From: Neoconidiobolus thromboides FSU 785
Lineage: Eukaryota > Fungi > Entomophthoromycota
Reading direction: 5' to 3'
Assembly (NCBI GenBank): GCA_025603075.1
Contig: MU626340.1
Span: forward strand, 24,963 to 88,962
Length of the DNA: 64,000 nt
Shown: positions 59,788-64,000 of the stretch, piece after piece
Layout of the letters: each line of letters opens with the position of its first letter
Numbering within the stretch: the stretch's first letter is position 1
The notes under the pieces: model-generated
Databases searched by the model: none
What the model saw: the letters and a program-made list of their open reading frames with translations, nothing else
What the model was told of the DNA's origin: nothing
Translations under genes and position numbers: made by a program

Positions 59788-60449
59788 TTTTTTTTCGTTG
59801 TAGGAAAATTAGGATGATGTTTTTATTTTAGCTGAGTTGACAGCTTAGCCTTATTTTGCGTCAATTTTTAGGGATTTGGATTAAAACATTATGGGATGTT
59901 TTCAATTTTTCCAATACTAAGTTGATTTTTTTGTAGAAGAGTTGGGATGAAAGGGAGAAGTGTTATTGCTCAAGATGCCCTTATTAAAAGAAGTTTTTTT
60001 TAATGTTTAAAAGTAAACAAACGAAAAAATTTAAGCGTTGGTTAACTTTTGACTCATAAAATTAAAAAAGTCGATTGTTATTATAAAGGGTTTGAAAAGT
60101 GAAATTGCGATAGTATTGTATAGGTCACAAGGGCTTCAAAATTCTCAAGCCTAGTGGCATGCCAATTAATAAGTTGACATGACTTAAGATAAGTTAAGCC
60201 TGATACTTGCAATGACAGTGGGAAGTTTTAAAGCCTGCCTAAACATGTGTAAGGTAAGTAATATACTTTAGGCTAAGCTGAATAAATTAGTACAACTTAT
60301 AAGTTTGAATAATTTATTACATATAATTAGTAAAAAAAACTTAAAACAAAGAGAGATCCCTGAGGAAGAGATCTAATTGTTTATATCTTTGTATAAGGAT
60401 AAAATGCACTAATTTATTACATTTTATGTTCCTATCTAATATAGATGTT

Positions 60450-60960
60450 ATCAAAGTTAGTAATAACTGATATTGATCTCTTTATATCGCTTTTCAAAAT
60501 GCATTCAACTTATATCGAACCTTGTTCAATTATAACATCAGACTTCAGGAAGTAGGCAGTTGGATTAATGGCTCTGAAGAATCAAGGCTCAAGTAACACA
60601 GTGTTTTTTTACCATTGAAGTAGAATAAGTATTGATATTATATTTTTTAATATCTACTTTTTTGAAAAGGAGCATGGTTTTGAGACAAACTATTGATACG
60701 ATAAGATATGCTTTATAATTGATAAAGTCCAATTTAATCCCTAAAATTAAAGCTATAGTGAATAAATAAAATTTACAAATGGCATAACTATCAAAGTATA
60801 GATGTGTATTGACCAATTGCTCATTTTGATATAAAAATTTAAGCATTATGCCATAAATCAGTATAACAATACAAATTATTGATTATAAGGATTACCGCTA
60901 ACCACTGTACATCTGTACTTTAACAGCTGCAAGTTATTATGTTGGTTCTTAAATATACTT
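60450..60960 (-). pseudogene. Possible decayed 7TM/GPCR-like membrane protein fragment
   Basis: Hydrophobic segments SIICIVILIYGIML and AICKFYLFTIALILGIKLDFINYKAYLIVSIVCLK (TM2/TM3-like with a leading Cys) flanked by stops. Family call is tentative. Confidence 0.25.
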
Positions 60961-61391
60961 AACTTACAGTTATAATGATTTGTGTTGGTAACTTGATATA
61001 AGAAGGATATAAGAATATTTATCATTTATTACTCATTAACCTGATGATTTTTTTCAACTATTAATAAACATATATTCTTAACTTTTCAAGTCTTTTAAAA
61101 TTTACATAGCTTACTCTTTATTTATTTTTATTTATGAAAATTCTAGTATTATAAATTGAATGTAAAACCAAGATGTTTTAATATAAATTCCAATATAGAT
61201 GCAATAATATTAACTTTTTTTGTTACACATCAATATATTGGTTTCATTAATTTAAACATTTTGAAATTTTAACAGATAAGAGAAATAAAATGAAAAGTGC
61301 GATTAGAAGCAAAAAAGATATTAATATATTATCAAAGCTTAACTAAATTATTTTTTAATCTGTGGACAACAATTTATGACAAAAATGCAAA

Positions 61392-61631
61392 TCAGTTAGC
61401 ATTATGCCTTTGACAAATTGCATCTCCATATAATTCTCTCAATTCTGATACATCTTGTTGAAGGTTTTGATGTTGTTTTAAATTTTGAGCTTCGGAATTA
61501 TGTTGTATATCATCTTGAATTATTTCTAAGGCTCCTATGTTCTCATAATTGAATCGATGATTAATATAATCCTCATATCCATTATAATTTGAATTGGGAG
61601 TTTCTTTATTATCTGTTGTATAAAAGTCCAT
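61392..61631 (-). CDS. Small acidic orphan protein, paralog 1 (79 aa)
   Basis: Clear amino-acid similarity to ORF 62364-62612 (YNGxEDYINHRF; QxLKQHQxLQQDxxELRE); AAAAAATG start context. Confidence 0.72.
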   Translation of the reverse strand: MDFYTTDNKETPNSNYNGYEDYINHRFNYENIGALEIIQDDIQHNSEAQNLKQHQNLQQDVSELRELYGDAICQRHNAN

Positions 61632-62121
61632 TTTTTTATTAAAATTGAACTAATAAAAGGAAATAAGAATAGTTATTTTTTTGTTCTTTTTGACCATCCA
61701 TATGTTTTTTATTCTTAGGACCTCTTTTAACCCTTAATCAATTTATCTCATTATTACAATTTCAATTAGACATAACATTTTCCTCAATTCTATGCTTTCT
61801 TGGCTTAAGTATAATATGTAATTAATGGATCTATATACTCATAGCTACGCTTAAGCTATAATGCCTTCAAATTAAAAAGAAAAAACTATGTTTAGTTTAA
61901 ATCAAGGGTATATGCAAGTTTATGGGAATAGATCAATTAATCTTATTAAATTAAATCATCCACTTATATTTAAATAACTAAACCACTTTAAAAGAGTTAT
62001 ACTAACAACTTTTTGAATGATTAAAATGATCAGAGTTTTATAGATATACTATAAACAAACTTTTTAGCTATTAGTAATTAACTTGCTTATACTGCCAACT
62101 TTCAAAATCTTTAATTTATAT

Positions 62122-62212
62122 GGGGATCTATTTTTTAAGGATTTTGTTAGCAGCTTTTCCACTTAAATAGTACTTCGAAAATGGAAAAAGTGAGAAAACT
62201 AAAAAAACTATA
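62122..62212 (+). mobile_element. MITE copy 25 (eroded right end)
   Basis: ATAT-GGGGATC with core; lies between the two orphan paralogs. Confidence 0.65.
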
Positions 62213-62363
62213 TAGTTTTTATTTTAAAGAATAATTTATTTGTATTTGCAAAAACAATATAAGTTATATATAAAAACAGTTATCTTTTATTCTCATTAAA
62301 TAATTCAATCGGAACCATTTTAATTAATTCACAACTATACTTTCTATCCAAAGAATAGTGGAA

Positions 62364-62612
62364 TCATTTAGTACAATATCTATGATAGACAGCGTTTCCA
62401 TGCATTTCTCTTAATTCAGTTATATCTTGTTGAAGGCTTTGATGCTGTTTCAAACTTTGAACTTCTGAATTATATTGAAAATTATTTTGATTTCTATCTG
62501 ACTCTAAAGTTTCTAATAAATTCTCACTACCAAATCGATGATTGATATAATCTTCAAACCCATTGTAGCTTTGATTGGAAGTCCTGTCATTATTTTCAGT
62601 CTTGGAATTCAT
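62364..62612 (-). CDS. Small acidic orphan protein, paralog 2 (82 aa)
   Basis: Paralog of 61392-61631; TATATAAA about 85 nt upstream; AAAAAATG start context. Confidence 0.72.
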   Translation of the reverse strand: MNSKTENNDRTSNQSYNGFEDYINHRFGSENLLETLESDRNQNNFQYNSEVQSLKQHQSLQQDITELREMHGNAVYHRYCTK

Positions 62613-62953
62613 TTTTTAAATATTGAGTTTACAGAGACAAAAGAGTACTTAATTATTTATTTATAAATTGTTCCGAAATGTTTTTTGAGTCGTTTATATA
62701 CTCATTCTAAACTATTTTTTGTACCCCTTGATTCGATTAATTTATAATTTCATAGTTAAAGCAAATCTTTGTTGATTTCATTAAATTAAATCATTGATTC
62801 ATGTTTAATAAAGTTTAAAGTTTTAAATTCACTTAAAATAACAACGGTTTGGAAAAGTAAAGAATAATTAGTGGAAATAGAGTGTTTAAGTATTTGAAAA
62901 TTGGTGCTCTTGCAAATACAACTGTATAAACAATTAAGTTGGCATAGACAGAT

Positions 62954-63063
62954 AAAATAAACCCTTGTCAGATGGTCCAATTTTGATTTTGGCCAATCAA
63001 GCGTTCTAAATTTCTTTTTATTAGGTAAAACCAAAATTGACCCATCTGACAGGAGCTTATTTT
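62954..63063. repeat. Imperfect ~40-bp inverted repeat (foldback)
   Basis: TGTCAGATGGTCCAATTTTG versus CAAAATTGACCCATCTGACA (18/20 complementary), extending into the flanks, with ~30-nt spacer. Confidence 0.7.
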
Positions 63064-63642
63064 GTTAGAACAGCTTGTAGTTAAATGTCATTTGTATTTT
63101 TAATTTAAATCCGATTTTTTCAATATAAATCCAAGTATATCCTCTTCTAAATTTTTAATTCTAATATGAAATAAGTTAACATTAAATTATGAACAATAAA
63201 AACATCAATTATAGGTTGTTTTACCTACTTACACTAATTTAATGATTAGTATTATTATATAAATGCTTTAATAATTTTTACTATCTTTAAAATGCAGCTT
63301 GCTTTTTTTAATAGCTAAATGTTTTAAGTGCCTAAAATGACTTTTATTATTTTATAGCTATAAACATAATGATTTTTCAGTTATTAGTGTTATTATTTTA
63401 TTTTATTTTAACTCGTTTTTTTGCTAATTAAATTAGCTATAAAAATGGTAAAAGTTTTATAAATATATAATTAAAACATTAACAAAATTAAGAAATAAAT
63501 TATAATAATATAATTTTGATCTATTCTAATATTAGTAAAATTAGAACATATATTGTAGCCTAAGTTTTTTTAGCAGCTTTATAAACATCATTAAAGTTCA
63601 TTTGTTTATTAAAAATTAATATAAAAGAATTACTTATTAATT

Positions 63643-63741
63643 AGGGATGTTTTTTGTGGTTTCATCACTTTCTCCATTTTTTAAGGGCTATTTGAGCGGA
63701 AAAATCGTTAGTAAAATTCTCAAATATATAAATACATTTCT
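63643..63741 (-). mobile_element. MITE copy 26
   Basis: AGGGATG...CATTTCT-ATAT with reverse-orientation core. Confidence 0.75.
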
Positions 63742-64000
63742 ATATAGTGCAAAGCTTTCAATTCGGGTATCTTTGGTTTTACCTTTCTAGAGTAAAATCT
63801 ATCAAGATTATAAATGTCAAGGTTGTACTATTTGATACAAAATATGACTCTAAGATCGACTCACTCTCATTGTTCATAATCATTATATTCAAGTAGTTAA
63901 TTCGGGATAAAGTTTATTGCTATATTTTGCTTTATGAAGATGTATATACATAGAATCATTTGTTTTGAGAAACAAAGCTTTTTAATCTTTAAGATGAAAT

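Noticed and set aside
2430-63741. Repeated ~99-bp unit read as a CRISPR array or satellite
   Set aside because: Copies are dispersed, in both orientations, have terminal inverted repeats and no regular spacers; the context is eukaryotic with no cas genes.

Overview
Very AT-rich eukaryotic DNA with short (~43-55 nt) GT-AG introns. The gene set (ATG22, PRP3, RPL44/eL42, PARN, CEM1, MSL5/BBP, a Gcn4-like bZIP, a Msy1/2-like MscS channel) points to a fungus. An early-diverging lineage such as Conidiobolus/Entomophthoromycotina is plausible, but that placement is inference. I can support about 22 protein-coding genes, one tRNA-Lys(UUU) and several decayed genes (P450, expansin-like, possible 7TM). 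Most notable: (1) four tandem small secreted Cys-rich proteins sharing an invariant GRxANGDGTNTYSFxCxC motif, lying tail-to-tail with a secreted multicopper oxidase that has Lys at the type-1 Cu axial position; (2) at least 26 copies of a ~99-bp MITE with GGGGATG...CATCCCC ends and an apparent 4-bp AWWT target duplication; (3) a Gcn4/CpcA-type two-uORF leader whose first uORF (ATG AAC TGC TAA) resembles yeast GCN4 uORF1; (4) an intronless UDP-glycosyltransferase with animal-type ER topology (signal peptide, C-terminal TM, KKxx); (5) a tandem pair of orphan ~80-aa acidic proteins. All calls come from manual reading and translation; no database searches were run, and exon boundaries are manual estimates.
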